This document shows positions 47,942 through 58,119 of a stretch of 64,000 nucleotides of DNA, one piece after another; within the stretch, counting starts at the first letter, position 1; every line of letters starts with the position of its first letter. The position numbers and the translations under genes were made by a program. Below the pieces are notes generated by a model. That model did not search any database. It was not told where the DNA came from and saw nothing but the letters and a program-made list of their open reading frames with translations. The DNA is taken from the sequence record PQ330092.1. One strand, 5' to 3'.

Positions 47942-48185
47942 ACATAGTGCTGTGCTTAAAAAGATTTTAAAGGAACTTGATGGTGAGTTTAATGTCACAG
48001 AAGAAGAATATCAGCATTGGAAGAAAGGTTTTGAACAACTAACCGAGTATGATAAAGTGTTCAATATGATTGGCGTAATTAGCCAGTATTTACTCGGTGG
48101 AGGACGTGCAAGTGCTTCAATTCTGGCATCTGCAATCATCTGTACATCACGATGGTGTGATGAAAAAAGTTTGGAAGATTTCTAA
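47934..48185 (+). CDS. Hypothetical protein
   Basis: GGAG SD then ATG at 47934. Confidence 0.65.
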   Translation: MSEHSAVLKKILKELDGEFNVTEEEYQHWKKGFEQLTEYDKVFNMIGVISQYLLGGGRASASILASAIICTSRWCDEKSLEDF

Positions 48186-48237
48186 ATAAGATGCTATAAT
48201 ATATTATAGTACCTTAACAATATAAAAAGGATTTTAT

Positions 48238-49098
48238 ATGAAACCTATCCGAGTACTTTCTCTTTTTAATGGAATGAGTGTGGGATATATGGCATTGCAA
48301 GATGCGGGTATCCCAGTTGAAAAATATTATTCATCCGAAATTGATAAGTACGCAATAGCTGAATCTCAATCTAACTTTCCTGATATTATCCAATTGGGTG
48401 ATGTAACTAAGTGGAGAGAATGGGATATTGAGTGGGACAAAATAGATTTATTAATGGGTGGTTTCCCATGCCAAGCCTGGTCAGTTGCAGGTAAACAGGG
48501 TGGTTTAAATGATATACGTGGGCAGTTATTTTTAGTAATGGTTGAAATTTTTGATCATATCAAAAGTCTCAATCCTAACTTGAAATTTCTGTTTGAAAAT
48601 GTTAAAATGAAGGAAGATTTCAAAGAATACATTAATAGTATTTTAGGAATCACGCCAGTACTGATAAACTCCCAGCATTATACGCCTCACTTCAGGCAGA
48701 GATATTACTGGTACAGTACTGATAAGCTTTTTATACCACCTGCATTATCCAATGCACCTAAACTTCAAGATATTATTGAAGATGGTTGGTACACTGACAG
48801 AACCGCTTCGTACTGTATAGATGCTAACTATTTTAAAGGTGGTGATTGTAACCAGTACTTTAATAAATCCAGACGACAATTGGTGTTTCGTGACCCAGTG
48901 ATCAGTCGTCAATATCTATTAGAGAATGGCAAAAGAAATATTGACTATAGACACTTAAGTGTAGTAGAATGTTGTAAATTACAGGGTGTTCCTGAAGATT
49001 TCTTTAAAGTGTCTAGTAAGACACAAGCATACAAAATGCTTGGGAATGGATGGACTATGCCAGTTATATCACATTTACTAAGAGAGATATTCTTTTGA
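48238..49098 (+). CDS. C5 cytosine DNA methyltransferase
   Basis: Motif I LSLFNGMS, IV GGFPCQ, VI FENV, VIII RQRYYW, X KMLGNGW. Confidence 0.92.
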   Translation: MKPIRVLSLFNGMSVGYMALQDAGIPVEKYYSSEIDKYAIAESQSNFPDIIQLGDVTKWREWDIEWDKIDLLMGGFPCQAWSVAGKQGGLNDIRGQLFLVMVEIFDHIKSLNPNLKFLFENVKMKEDFKEYINSILGITPVLINSQHYTPHFRQRYYWYSTDKLFIPPALSNAPKLQDIIEDGWYTDRTASYCIDANYFKGGDCNQYFNKSRRQLVFRDPVISRQYLLENGKRNIDYRHLSVVECCKLQGVPEDFFKVSSKTQAYKMLGNGWTMPVISHLLREIFF

Positions 49099-49580
49099 AC
49101 ATAAACAAATACCAAACTTATATAAAACGTACAGAAAGTTTCAAACGGCTGGCTGTAAAATCTGAATTAGAATTTAATTTGTATTATCCTAATATTGGTG
49201 ATGAGGTATTTTATTGCTCTCATTCAAAGAATGGAACTTTACTTAAATCGGGTAAAGGAACTATTGTTGATATGACCGCAAATTTCAGAGGTAAACTTAA
49301 TGTAATGTACAAAGTACAAGATTCAAGTACTGAGTGTATTCATGAAGTGATGCATAACATACCTGCATATCCAAAAGATTTTGTTCAGCTAATATCTCGA
49401 AGGGAGAAACCTATGTTTTATTGTGGTTACGACAAATTAACCAAACAAATTATTCCTAATACTATGGGAAAATTTAAAAGTGATGTGAAATCTGAACTTG
49501 AAAAGAAATTTGGCACGTCATGGGAAACTGAAAACGAGTTTATCGAAATTCGTTTAATTGAAATTACTATACTTGAATAA
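49050..49580 (+). CDS. Hypothetical protein
   Basis: ORF; start uncertain (possibly about 49095). Confidence 0.6.
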   Translation: MDYASYITFTKRDILLNINKYQTYIKRTESFKRLAVKSELEFNLYYPNIGDEVFYCSHSKNGTLLKSGKGTIVDMTANFRGKLNVMYKVQDSSTECIHEVMHNIPAYPKDFVQLISRREKPMFYCGYDKLTKQIIPNTMGKFKSDVKSELEKKFGTSWETENEFIEIRLIEITILE

Positions 49581-49622
49581 TTACAAATCCACGCATTGCG
49601 TGGATTTTTCATAGGTGCATAT

Positions 49623-50138
49623 ATGCCAATTCCTTATGTTAAAATTATTAATAATATTCTCGATTCATGGGAAGATGTTATTACTGGTAAAAAGAAACCA
49701 TCACCAGTACATGCTTTATCTGGGAAACTTCAATTCAGAATGTCAAACCAAACTGAAACATTTAATAATCATGATATTTGCATTACATTAAAAACACCTG
49801 TTAGTATTGTAATTAAAAAAAATAAAGATGATGAATTGACATTATCTATTGGTCGTGATAAAATCATTTTAAGTAATTTGTCTGAAGAAGAATTCTTTCA
49901 ACGTAGTACTATCATCGATATGAAAGATTTCACATATGAATCATTGGTTGAACTCAATACACGTTTTAACGATATTCAGGAACGATTGCGACCAGTCCTC
50001 CGCAAAGAAGAAGAAGCCTGGAATGAAAGTATTAGGAAGATGCAAGAAATGTTGAAAGAAAATATTAACAATCTGGGTAAAGCTACAATGGAATTTGGTA
50101 AAACTTTTAAACTGAACTTTTTAAAGGAACGTAAATGA
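49623..50138 (+). CDS. Hypothetical protein, EExxFQxS family
   Basis: LSEEEFFQRSTIID. Confidence 0.75.
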   Translation: MPIPYVKIINNILDSWEDVITGKKKPSPVHALSGKLQFRMSNQTETFNNHDICITLKTPVSIVIKKNKDDELTLSIGRDKIILSNLSEEEFFQRSTIIDMKDFTYESLVELNTRFNDIQERLRPVLRKEEEAWNESIRKMQEMLKENINNLGKATMEFGKTFKLNFLKERK

Positions 50139-50587
50139 AAATTGATAATTTGATTCATGTTTTAGGAACTTTACATAAAATATTATTACATCTCCAAGAG
50201 ATAAAGAACCTTGGGTATAGCATGTCAAATACTAATAAAACAGAATTTAAATACAGCCCAACCACGGGTGGGAATTATAATATTGTGTATTGTTATGAAA
50301 CTGACCCAGACTGCTATCAACTTACGTTATACTTTTCTCCAACAAACCCCGCCTTCGTTCAAGACATATCATCAATATCACTTGACCCAGATGGAGAAAT
50401 GAGTATAGAATATAACTATGATTCTAAAAAAGAATGTTACGTTGAAGATATGAAAAATATGTTTAACGATGAATATGTGTTCCAGCTAAGTACTGTGCAT
50501 GATGTTGGAAGTACTAATGGACAATTTTGGAATACATGTTATTATCATATGATTGAAATTTGTAAATTACTAAAAGGTGATGAATAA
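50135..50587 (+). CDS. Hypothetical protein, EExxFQxS family
   Basis: FNDEYVFQLSTVHD. Confidence 0.75.
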   Translation: MKIDNLIHVLGTLHKILLHLQEIKNLGYSMSNTNKTEFKYSPTTGGNYNIVYCYETDPDCYQLTLYFSPTNPAFVQDISSISLDPDGEMSIEYNYDSKKECYVEDMKNMFNDEYVFQLSTVHDVGSTNGQFWNTCYYHMIEICKLLKGDE

Positions 50588-50970
50588 TGAAATACTGCAT
50601 TGAAGTACATTACACTACAGGGGACACTGAAACTGAAGATTCAGTTACCAATACATTGGATGTTCAATGGGAATCAAAGGATGAGGCAGTTGTAGCATTA
50701 CAGTCTTTGAAAGAGCATTGGGTATTCTTTAGGAAACTCGATGATGCATATAGTAACGAACGTGCTACAATAATCGATGAAGCCAAACATAAAGAATGGT
50801 TTGATCCAATGTCATGTGAATTCTCTTTCTTTGTAAAAATTGGAGATGAAAAAATCCCAGTACGTACACCGTGGAACGGCTACTTTGAAACTCTTCATAA
50901 TGCACGAGTTGTCGCTGTTGATAATCCTGAACAAATCGATTTCGATTCATTGGACTGGAAAAAACTATGA
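50587..50970 (+). CDS. Hypothetical protein
   Basis: 127-aa ORF. Confidence 0.7.
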   Translation: MKYCIEVHYTTGDTETEDSVTNTLDVQWESKDEAVVALQSLKEHWVFFRKLDDAYSNERATIIDEAKHKEWFDPMSCEFSFFVKIGDEKIPVRTPWNGYFETLHNARVVAVDNPEQIDFDSLDWKKL

Positions 50971-51410
50971 CAGTACTGCACCAATTGAAGAAGGTTAAGC
51001 ATCCAGTTGTATATGAGGACTGGAAACGTCAGAAGCTGATGGGTGATTTTTATTTCCCAAAATCTAAAGTACTAGCAACGTCAAAAGCTATATACTTGAA
51101 ATATAAGGATGAAGATTGTTTGTGTATTCAAATGGGATTCCATCCTAAAGTTGGTTTGTTTACAACAAATCAAACATTTTATAAATTTAGAATTCAAAAA
51201 GATACATTTAGTATTCATATCGAAAAACATGATGTACAAGATACAATTTATCGTGTGGAAAGTGAGCCTTTGAATCTTGTTGAGATCCCGTACAATAATT
51301 TAGAGGAAATGTACTTCCAACAGTTGACAGTGCAAGAAAACTTTGGTATGATAGGACTTCAAGAGTTAGAGATGATTAAACAAATTCGTGATATCTACTT
51401 TAAGGAGTAA
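50967..51410 (+). CDS. Hypothetical protein, EExxFQxS family
   Basis: NLEEMYFQQLTVQE. Confidence 0.75.
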   Translation: MTVLHQLKKVKHPVVYEDWKRQKLMGDFYFPKSKVLATSKAIYLKYKDEDCLCIQMGFHPKVGLFTTNQTFYKFRIQKDTFSIHIEKHDVQDTIYRVESEPLNLVEIPYNNLEEMYFQQLTVQENFGMIGLQELEMIKQIRDIYFKE

Positions 51411-51412
51411 CT

Positions 51413-51556
51413 ATGCCAGTACGTAACAGTACTTCACGCTTTACGCTTCAACAGAAAGCAGATCTTTTGAATATGGCAAACAAAGATTCTAATTTTCACT
51501 ATCTAGTGCTCGGTGGGTCAGTAGAAAAGATTGACCTACGTGAGTGTATGAAATAA
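51413..51556 (+). CDS. Small hypothetical protein (47 aa)
   Basis: SD AAGGAG; MPVRNSTSRFTLQQ... Confidence 0.6.
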   Translation: MPVRNSTSRFTLQQKADLLNMANKDSNFHYLVLGGSVEKIDLRECMK

Positions 51557-51570
51557 CAAAAGGGGCTAAA

Positions 51571-51741
51571 ATGAGTTTACGTGAATCATGGGAACAATTT
51601 AAAGAAGAGATTGGTTATCGTGGTGTTAAGATTGAACCAATCAATCGTACTGAAAGCATCAAAGCTAGTACTAATGGTACTACCTATGATCGTTATGATG
51701 AAAAGTATGGTTTACATTCTAAACCAAAGGATACTGAGTAA
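51571..51741 (+). CDS. Small hypothetical protein
   Basis: SD AGGGG; MSLRESWEQF... Confidence 0.6.
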   Translation: MSLRESWEQFKEEIGYRGVKIEPINRTESIKASTNGTTYDRYDEKYGLHSKPKDTE

Positions 51742-51884
51742 TGGTGTATACTAATATTTTTACTGGTATTATGCGTAAATTTATTAATGGTACTGGATAC
51801 GTATCTAATGACAACGGTAGCACATGGGTAAAAAATAATACGTCTGAATCTTTAGTAAAAAGTCTTCCGTATTATAAAGCTTGA
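51741..51884 (+). CDS. Small hypothetical protein (47 aa)
   Basis: TAATG coupling; MVYTNIFTG... Confidence 0.5.
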   Translation: MVYTNIFTGIMRKFINGTGYVSNDNGSTWVKNNTSESLVKSLPYYKA

Positions 51885-51909
51885 CACATGAAAATGGAGT
51901 ATGTATAAT
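51881..51909 (+). promoter_or_regulatory. Sigma70-like early promoter
   Basis: TTGACA-17-TATAAT. Confidence 0.75.
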
Positions 51910-51941
51910 ACTCCTATATTAATTAAACGAGGATATACGAA

Positions 51942-52514
51942 ATGGCTGGTGTTGATAAAATTTGTGAATTCAGTTCAGATTATGAAGGTTACGAAATGTA
52001 CAAGTCCAAGCGTAATCACATCCAAGTACTGTCAAAGTACCGTAAAGAATTCAGAGGCCACAAAGCAACATTGTATGTTTTTGAGAATGGATATTCTGAA
52101 GTTTTCACAAGTGGTGGGTACAGTACAGCTAACATGGCACATATCAACCCAAACCCAACTGAAGATGATTGGAATAGTGGTAACGCTTTTCGTATTTCAA
52201 TTTTGAATAAAATGAATCGTTACGACCGTTATTGTACATTCTTTGAAAATATTTCAGAATACAAGCAAGCATTAAAGAAATATAATCAACGCTTACTAAT
52301 GAATTATGATTACATTCTTCATGTGCCAACTGTTCCAGGTCAGGTTAATGGTCTGTATACGAATAGTACACATGATTTAACTGCGGTGAAGCGTCGCCTC
52401 AAACGTATGTTGGGTTGTCGTAATTTAACAATCAAGGTTGTGCGTAATGAATCAATGTATAACTTTTTAGATGTACTACACTACACATTGAAGGATAATA
52501 ATGGAAACGATTAA
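51942..52514 (+). CDS. Hypothetical protein
   Basis: 190-aa ORF with GAGG SD. Confidence 0.75.
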   Translation: MAGVDKICEFSSDYEGYEMYKSKRNHIQVLSKYRKEFRGHKATLYVFENGYSEVFTSGGYSTANMAHINPNPTEDDWNSGNAFRISILNKMNRYDRYCTFFENISEYKQALKKYNQRLLMNYDYILHVPTVPGQVNGLYTNSTHDLTAVKRRLKRMLGCRNLTIKVVRNESMYNFLDVLHYTLKDNNGND

Positions 52515-52698
52515 GTTTATGTTTGAGGTGTTTGTTGCATTCATCTTATGTGCTGTGTCTATTACTATTGCTTTAATCCCAGTAATCGTTTACCAAGTTA
52601 ATGGTGGGACAGATCCAACAATTGATATTTTACTTCGTTGTTTCGGGTTTTTTATATGGTTGGCGATGTTTATGTACTACATGCATCTTGAGGATTGA
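52501..52698 (+). CDS. Small membrane protein
   Basis: Two TM segments. Confidence 0.7.
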   Translation: METIKFMFEVFVAFILCAVSITIALIPVIVYQVNGGTDPTIDILLRCFGFFIWLAMFMYYMHLED

Positions 52699-53531
52699 TT
52701 ATGTCATTAGAAAAAATAATCATTTCTGAATTCCGAAAGTATATCATGGATTGTGATAGAGATGTACAGCGTAAGTTCAATGAGTACCTTGACAAATATC
52801 CGTATTTGATGTTTAATCCGTTTGAAACTGATGATGATTTATATCTTGGTTTTTACATAGGATTTACTCAACGAATTCTTCATAAAGATGAAATGAAACA
52901 ATCTGAGATTTGGGTAGAAACTGACTCATCAGAGTCTAATGTTTTTTATCTTTATACATATTATGCCGAAATTGTTAGAGATACGACACCTGATGGTTGT
53001 CTATTTGTACAATCTTCTGATATTGAAAGAATATATATCGAACCTGTATCTTTGGATATGGTGGCACAGCTTCCAACTATCCAAGAACTAGGTGCAGACG
53101 AATTAACTTATTCTGTATTTGAATATCTAAATAGAGATGATTTGACTCAAGAAATTGATAAAATGGTTTCTAGATATACTTCATCACTTATTTCGAATGG
53201 TAAACTTAAATTAGAATTAATTTTTGAAGATACTAGTATTAATCCAGTAAGAGGGGTTACAATTGGAAAAGTTACCATACGTGTTGTTTACGATAATGAA
53301 GTACTAGGATATATTTCAAAACGTGGACATGATTTATGTATAATTAGTACATTCGTTATTTCTCGTAAAAAATGGAATGATTTAATGCAAAAAATCGTGG
53401 ACGGCAGTAAAATTCGTGATATAATATGTAATGACATGGTAATTATGAATCCTGATGTTGACTGTGATGTATATTTTCCAGTTCCTGGATTTACACGAGA
53501 AAACTTTAGTAAATTGAAGGATACGAAATGA
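52695..53531 (+). CDS. Hypothetical protein
   Basis: 278-aa ORF. Confidence 0.7.
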   Translation: MIMSLEKIIISEFRKYIMDCDRDVQRKFNEYLDKYPYLMFNPFETDDDLYLGFYIGFTQRILHKDEMKQSEIWVETDSSESNVFYLYTYYAEIVRDTTPDGCLFVQSSDIERIYIEPVSLDMVAQLPTIQELGADELTYSVFEYLNRDDLTQEIDKMVSRYTSSLISNGKLKLELIFEDTSINPVRGVTIGKVTIRVVYDNEVLGYISKRGHDLCIISTFVISRKKWNDLMQKIVDGSKIRDIICNDMVIMNPDVDCDVYFPVPGFTRENFSKLKDTK

Positions 53532-53818
53532 AAATTTTAGAAGTCTTGCTAGAAAAAGATGCATCTGGTACTCTTTATGTTGGTAATGAGTTCAGTCCAG
53601 ATCCAATTGATATGTTACAGAGAATCCAAACACTGACTCAAAACATCTCGGTTAAAAAACCGTTTCAGAAAGAATTGGAAATCTTTTGTGATAAAGATAT
53701 TGAACAGCATGATAATGTGATTTCAGATATTAAAAGTCTATTGACAAAAAATGGTTATGTAGAGTATAATCCTCCTATCGTAATCGTTATTCCAGACTTC
53801 ATGAAAGGAACAATCTAA
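53528..53818 (+). CDS. Hypothetical protein
   Basis: 96-aa ORF. Confidence 0.7.
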   Translation: MKILEVLLEKDASGTLYVGNEFSPDPIDMLQRIQTLTQNISVKKPFQKELEIFCDKDIEQHDNVISDIKSLLTKNGYVEYNPPIVIVIPDFMKGTI

Positions 53819-54087
53819 TGACTAAAGACGAAATGAAATCTCGCTTAAGCGAACTGAAGAAAGAACGTAAACTAGTACGTTTAGACTGGGATATCCTTAA
53901 CAGGAAAGATGAGCAATCATATGCTAACTGGAGTTCTGATAAAGTACGAAATGACCGTTCTAAAGAAGATGCAAAGCAATTCATGGCATTATCGAAGCGA
54001 CTATCATCTTTGAACAGTGAAATTACTGGCCTTCAGAAAGAGATCATTTCCATTCTTAAAGCGGAGATTGAATCACTCTATGAATAA
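53818..54087 (+). CDS. Hypothetical coiled-coil protein
   Basis: 89-aa ORF. Confidence 0.7.
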   Translation: MTKDEMKSRLSELKKERKLVRLDWDILNRKDEQSYANWSSDKVRNDRSKEDAKQFMALSKRLSSLNSEITGLQKEIISILKAEIESLYE

Positions 54088-54376
54088 ACATGAAGTAATT
54101 CATTTTGATGATAAGATCTATATTCCAAATATTGATAGTACTGAAACATATTACCTAATCAATAAGATTATGGCTGAAACAAATACGTGTTGTCGTCAAC
54201 AGCCAGGAAAATATGAGTTCAGTCAGACTATTGGTTATTACCGATATGATATGTTAGAATCATTTACAATTGATAAGTCTAAAGTTATTGACATTCTTGT
54301 ACAGAATGGATATAATGAACAACGTGTAAATGATACAGATTTACCAGTTTCAAAAATTGTTCTTTCTAATAATTAA
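54080..54376 (+). CDS. Hypothetical protein
   Basis: GGAG SD then ATG at 54080. Confidence 0.65.
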   Translation: MNKHEVIHFDDKIYIPNIDSTETYYLINKIMAETNTCCRQQPGKYEFSQTIGYYRYDMLESFTIDKSKVIDILVQNGYNEQRVNDTDLPVSKIVLSNN

Positions 54377-54491
54377 AAATTGGACAAGAACAGATATTGT
54401 GATATAATGTTTGTTATCGGCAGATATTAAAATGCAAACCATTCCTCAATGATGAGGGTTTTTCATAAAAAAGAAATAAAAGGGTATTAAA

Positions 54492-54701
54492 ATGGCTAAA
54501 GAAACTAACGCACAAGTACTAGATATCACCGACTTCGACCGCACTGTGAACTACATTCAATTCCAGATTCATCAAGCAGAAGAAGCTCTAGCAGTATTCC
54601 ACGGTACTGGTGCAAGGCCAATCCGTTTTGCTCACTTGATTGCATGGAAGAAAAGTCTTCAAGAAGAACTATCTGAACTGCGTAAAGCAAATCGTAAGTA
54701 A
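54492..54701 (+). CDS. Hypothetical protein
   Basis: 69-aa ORF after promoter TGGACA..TATAAT near 54381. Confidence 0.7.
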   Translation: MAKETNAQVLDITDFDRTVNYIQFQIHQAEEALAVFHGTGARPIRFAHLIAWKKSLQEELSELRKANRK

Positions 54702-54766
54702 TTTATCTTACCGCCTCATCATTTTTGATGGGGCATTTTAATCATATAAAGTAAGAGGATTTATAA

Positions 54767-55273
54767 ATGAGTGTTGAATATTGGTTTTTGTTTGTGTGTA
54801 TTGGTACACTTGCATTAATCACCATTGGATTGATTTTCAATACCATGATTAGTGGAAGTAAGTACTTTAAGACATTCCAACTTTTAATGTCTGCTATGCC
54901 ATATAGTGCTGATGCCGAAAAAACAATTTCTCTAATTTTAGATAAGTTCGATGCAAATCTTTTGGTGGCTAAAATTTCAGCATGTGATACAAATATTTCA
55001 TTCTACTCGGTAGACACGGATCTAGATGGAATTGATACACAATACTCAAATCCAGTAGTTGCTGAAATTTTCATTGGTTCAAAATATTATGCCTATGGAT
55101 ATGTAAGAAAATATTATTCAGAAGCAAAAGCTGAGTTGACGAAGAAGCGACCATCAATAAAAACTTTAAAACGCATCATTGCGTTGGAAAAATCACTTCG
55201 TGGTCAAACAAGCGTTAATGAGCCACCATCAGTGATTAAATCCAAAAAAAGTAATGTTGTGGAGTTGGAGTAA
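54767..55273 (+). CDS. Membrane-anchored hypothetical protein
   Basis: N-terminal TM segment. Confidence 0.7.
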   Translation: MSVEYWFLFVCIGTLALITIGLIFNTMISGSKYFKTFQLLMSAMPYSADAEKTISLILDKFDANLLVAKISACDTNISFYSVDTDLDGIDTQYSNPVVAEIFIGSKYYAYGYVRKYYSEAKAELTKKRPSIKTLKRIIALEKSLRGQTSVNEPPSVIKSKKSNVVELE

Positions 55274-55563
55274 TGGAACCAGAAAAATCAAGAAAAATTC
55301 TTATTGATGTCCAAACTAAATTACTAGATATTATGGAAATCATCAATGAGTTACCACAGGGTTATCAGTACAAAGTTCGTGAAATGTTATCTTGTGCCGA
55401 AACCGTTGTTTCTATGTACGATGATATTCAACATGGTATTATCCCTGATATTCTCAAAGATGACGTAAATATTAACACTGAGGTAAAAGAAACTAAATTA
55501 GAATCAGAAACAGTATCTAATAAAAAAGTTCTAGACCTTAGTGGTATAAAAATTAATATCTAA
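55273..55563 (+). CDS. Hypothetical protein
   Basis: 96-aa ORF. Confidence 0.7.
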   Translation: MEPEKSRKILIDVQTKLLDIMEIINELPQGYQYKVREMLSCAETVVSMYDDIQHGIIPDILKDDVNINTEVKETKLESETVSNKKVLDLSGIKINI

Positions 55564-55585
55564 AAAACATCCAATAGGAGAAGTA

Positions 55586-55735
55586 ATGAGTAATCAAAAA
55601 ATCGACTTAGTAGTAAAACTTCAAGAGATTCAAGCACTAGCTAAAGACCTTGATAACACACGTGCATCAGTAGTTGATTCACTATGTGCAACAATCCTGA
55701 CTGTTTTTACAGATTACGAAAAGAAATCTGATTAA
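55586..55735 (+). CDS. Small hypothetical protein (49 aa)
   Basis: SD AGGAG; MSNQKIDLVVKLQEIQ... Confidence 0.65.
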   Translation: MSNQKIDLVVKLQEIQALAKDLDNTRASVVDSLCATILTVFTDYEKKSD

Positions 55736-55745
55736 ACGTTACTTT

Positions 55746-55778
55746 GTAAATACCCAGTCAAGTACTGGGTATTTTTTT
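55746..55778 (+). terminator. Rho-independent terminator containing AGTACT
   Basis: aaatacccagt-caagt-actgggtattttttt. Confidence 0.75.
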
Positions 55779-55789
55779 AAGGAAATAAA

Positions 55790-56182
55790 ATGACTGAATC
55801 AGAACTACACGAAATGATAGATTTCATTTATGAAATGGTACAAGATAAAAATAACATCAATACAATTGCATCAGGCCCAAGACAAATTGGTAACCAAATA
55901 ACATATTCTTTGTCCTTATGGTTACACCCGTGCATTAAGGTTGATTGTTTGTATTTCCGTCCTGATATTGATGCTTATTATTTTGTCAATCATGATGCAT
56001 TAATGAAACCACATAATCGTCCAGTTGATGATACCTTTGTGACACACCCATTTTACCTGGCTGATTCCGAAGAAGATGAGTTTCAAAAGAACACAACGTT
56101 AAGCCCAGGTGAAATTTGCATCCCTTACACACTAAAAGATAAAATGATTTACATCACAGAAGTTATGAAAACATGCTGGTAA
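55790..56182 (+). CDS. Hypothetical protein, EExxFQxS family
   Basis: DSEEDEFQKNTTL. Confidence 0.7.
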   Translation: MTESELHEMIDFIYEMVQDKNNINTIASGPRQIGNQITYSLSLWLHPCIKVDCLYFRPDIDAYYFVNHDALMKPHNRPVDDTFVTHPFYLADSEEDEFQKNTTLSPGEICIPYTLKDKMIYITEVMKTCW

Positions 56183-56229
56183 GTGCAATGAAACTCTGAT
56201 ATAATACTATGACTTACTAAGGAGAACAT

Positions 56230-56799
56230 ATGAACTTTATTAAATTCAACACATATGAGTCAGAAGCATACTTTAATACAAATAATAAATTTAATATTAT
56301 TCTTAAAGACGGAACGGTTGTTATCGGAGTATCATTGCTTTCATTTGATGGCGAAAAACTCAAAACTGTTTATAAATTCACCAATCTTGATGGTGATTAC
56401 TGGGATACGTCAGATGTATCTAAAATTTGCACACATTATGTATTTGAATCAATTGAAGTTGGTGATGGCTGGGCATTGACCTGTAATGGTAATAAAGTAT
56501 TTTCTGGTAACATATTTGGAGTAATTTCCAGTAAAGAAATCGTAGACCATCATCTTCATGTTCTCAATAATAACGCCAACACTTATACACCTGATAATAT
56601 CAAAATTCACGATATTGTAACATATACTGATTATAATGGTTTAAGACATAAAGCAATCGTAACTGAAGTTAAAAAACCAAAAAATTATTTCGACCACGGT
56701 TTAATTGAAGTATATATGGTAGGTGGCGAAAAACAATACTTTGATCATTTCACTTATACTGGTTGGGATAGATTCCTAACCGTTATTGAGGAATACTAA
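56230..56799 (+). CDS. Hypothetical protein
   Basis: 189-aa ORF with AGGAG SD. Confidence 0.75.
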   Translation: MNFIKFNTYESEAYFNTNNKFNIILKDGTVVIGVSLLSFDGEKLKTVYKFTNLDGDYWDTSDVSKICTHYVFESIEVGDGWALTCNGNKVFSGNIFGVISSKEIVDHHLHVLNNNANTYTPDNIKIHDIVTYTDYNGLRHKAIVTEVKKPKNYFDHGLIEVYMVGGEKQYFDHFTYTGWDRFLTVIEEY

Positions 56800-56800
56800 C

Positions 56801-57289
56801 ATGCCGATTCGTGGTGTACCAGAACCATTAATGGAAGTTATTAAGCATGTTCGCATTGGAGATCGAGAAGTTAATCTTCGCCGTAATAACATTTATTACT
56901 TTAAAACTTCAGAAATGAGTTCTGTACAGATTGTCATTGGTACATCTATTAAGATCACTCGCGTACTTGATGGTAGTACTGACTTCGTTGAATATAATGT
57001 ACTTACTAATAAAGTAACGCATATATATAAATGGAGTGGGTATAAAACTATTAAGTATGAATTTGACTTAGCTAGAACTGAAGAAGAACGATTTATGCTG
57101 AGTACTATCAATCCAGCAAACTATCCCGAACTTGATGCATTTTTGCTAATTTTAAAATTGTATAATGAAGCAAATCAGAAAGCTAAAGAGTATGATAGAA
57201 TCATGTATGAACGCCGAAAAGAACGTGCACAAAAAAGTTATGATCTGTATGATAGCCCATACGTAAAATATAGTAAGGGATCGAAATGA
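56801..57289 (+). CDS. Hypothetical protein, EExxFQxS family
   Basis: RTEEERFMLSTINP. Confidence 0.75.
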   Translation: MPIRGVPEPLMEVIKHVRIGDREVNLRRNNIYYFKTSEMSSVQIVIGTSIKITRVLDGSTDFVEYNVLTNKVTHIYKWSGYKTIKYEFDLARTEEERFMLSTINPANYPELDAFLLILKLYNEANQKAKEYDRIMYERRKERAQKSYDLYDSPYVKYSKGSK

Positions 57290-57690
57290 ATAAAGAAGTT
57301 CAAATTATCATAACTCCACCTATACAAAGTCTGGATGTATCCATTAGTGATTTTTTGGAAAAATACTATGAATGGTTTAATGAAGATTCAGTAATTTATA
57401 ACCATTCATTGCCTGATGGTTTCGTTGAGCTTATTGAATTAAATGCCAAATCACTATACTTCTGTGTTGAATACAATGATTATATGACAGATGAAGCATA
57501 TCGTTTTCGTTGTACATTGTATCCTAACCATTTTTCCATTGGTTATAAAGATTACCAGTACTGTACCACTAACTATAGTGTTGAGGAAGAATTTCAGTAC
57601 AATTTACTTTATCCTGATTTAGATTATACGATTGCAGTACTGTTGACTAAAATCATGGATTTTTATAAAGATAAATATAATGCAGCCTAA
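57286..57690 (+). CDS. Hypothetical protein, EExxFQxS family
   Basis: SVEEEFQYNLLYP. Confidence 0.7.
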   Translation: MNKEVQIIITPPIQSLDVSISDFLEKYYEWFNEDSVIYNHSLPDGFVELIELNAKSLYFCVEYNDYMTDEAYRFRCTLYPNHFSIGYKDYQYCTTNYSVEEEFQYNLLYPDLDYTIAVLLTKIMDFYKDKYNAA

Positions 57691-57865
57691 GACATTTGAT
57701 GAGTGGTTTAATCTACACTATAATATAAATGCAGCAGATATATACTATTTTAAGCTTGAATTGTATATATCATTGCGTAACCCAATTGAGTACTATAACA
57801 ACATTATCAATTGTGATGATTTTGGTACATATTTTAGTATAGCCGTTATGGATATTAAGAGATGA
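57680..57865 (+). CDS. Micro-protein, divergent MTHEEW-like
   Basis: KTFDEWF N-terminus; ...IAVMDIKR C-terminus. Confidence 0.6.
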   Translation: MQPKTFDEWFNLHYNINAADIYYFKLELYISLRNPIEYYNNIINCDDFGTYFSIAVMDIKR

Positions 57866-58041
57866 CACATGAAGAATGGATGGCAATGATGAAAAAACGT
57901 TATGACCAGTTTGGAAATGGATTTATTGATGGTCATTTCGATATTTTACGAGACAAATATAAGTTCGAATCATATGTACTAGATGAGAATGGAAATCGTT
58001 GGTTCATCTATGAGCTTGCGGTTAGAGACAAAAAAATATAA
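57862..58041 (+). CDS. MTHEEW micro-protein (59 aa, not in the ORF track)
   Basis: MTHEEWMAMMKKRYDQFGNGFIDGHFDILRDKYKFESYVLDENGNRWFIYELAVRDKKI. Confidence 0.75.
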   Translation: MTHEEWMAMMKKRYDQFGNGFIDGHFDILRDKYKFESYVLDENGNRWFIYELAVRDKKI

Positions 58042-58052
58042 TAACCTTTTCC

Positions 58053-58118
58053 ATTGTCCATTGCAATGCTTTCTTTACAGAAGAATAAATGAAACACTTA
58101 ATTGAACTGGATACATAA
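58053..58118 (+). pseudogene. Remnant of the 3' end of a 58422-58637 paralogue with a premature stop
   Basis: IVHCNAFFTEE*MKHLIELDT* versus IVHDSAFFTKEEMQHLIVLDT*. Confidence 0.7.
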
Positions 58119-58119
58119 A

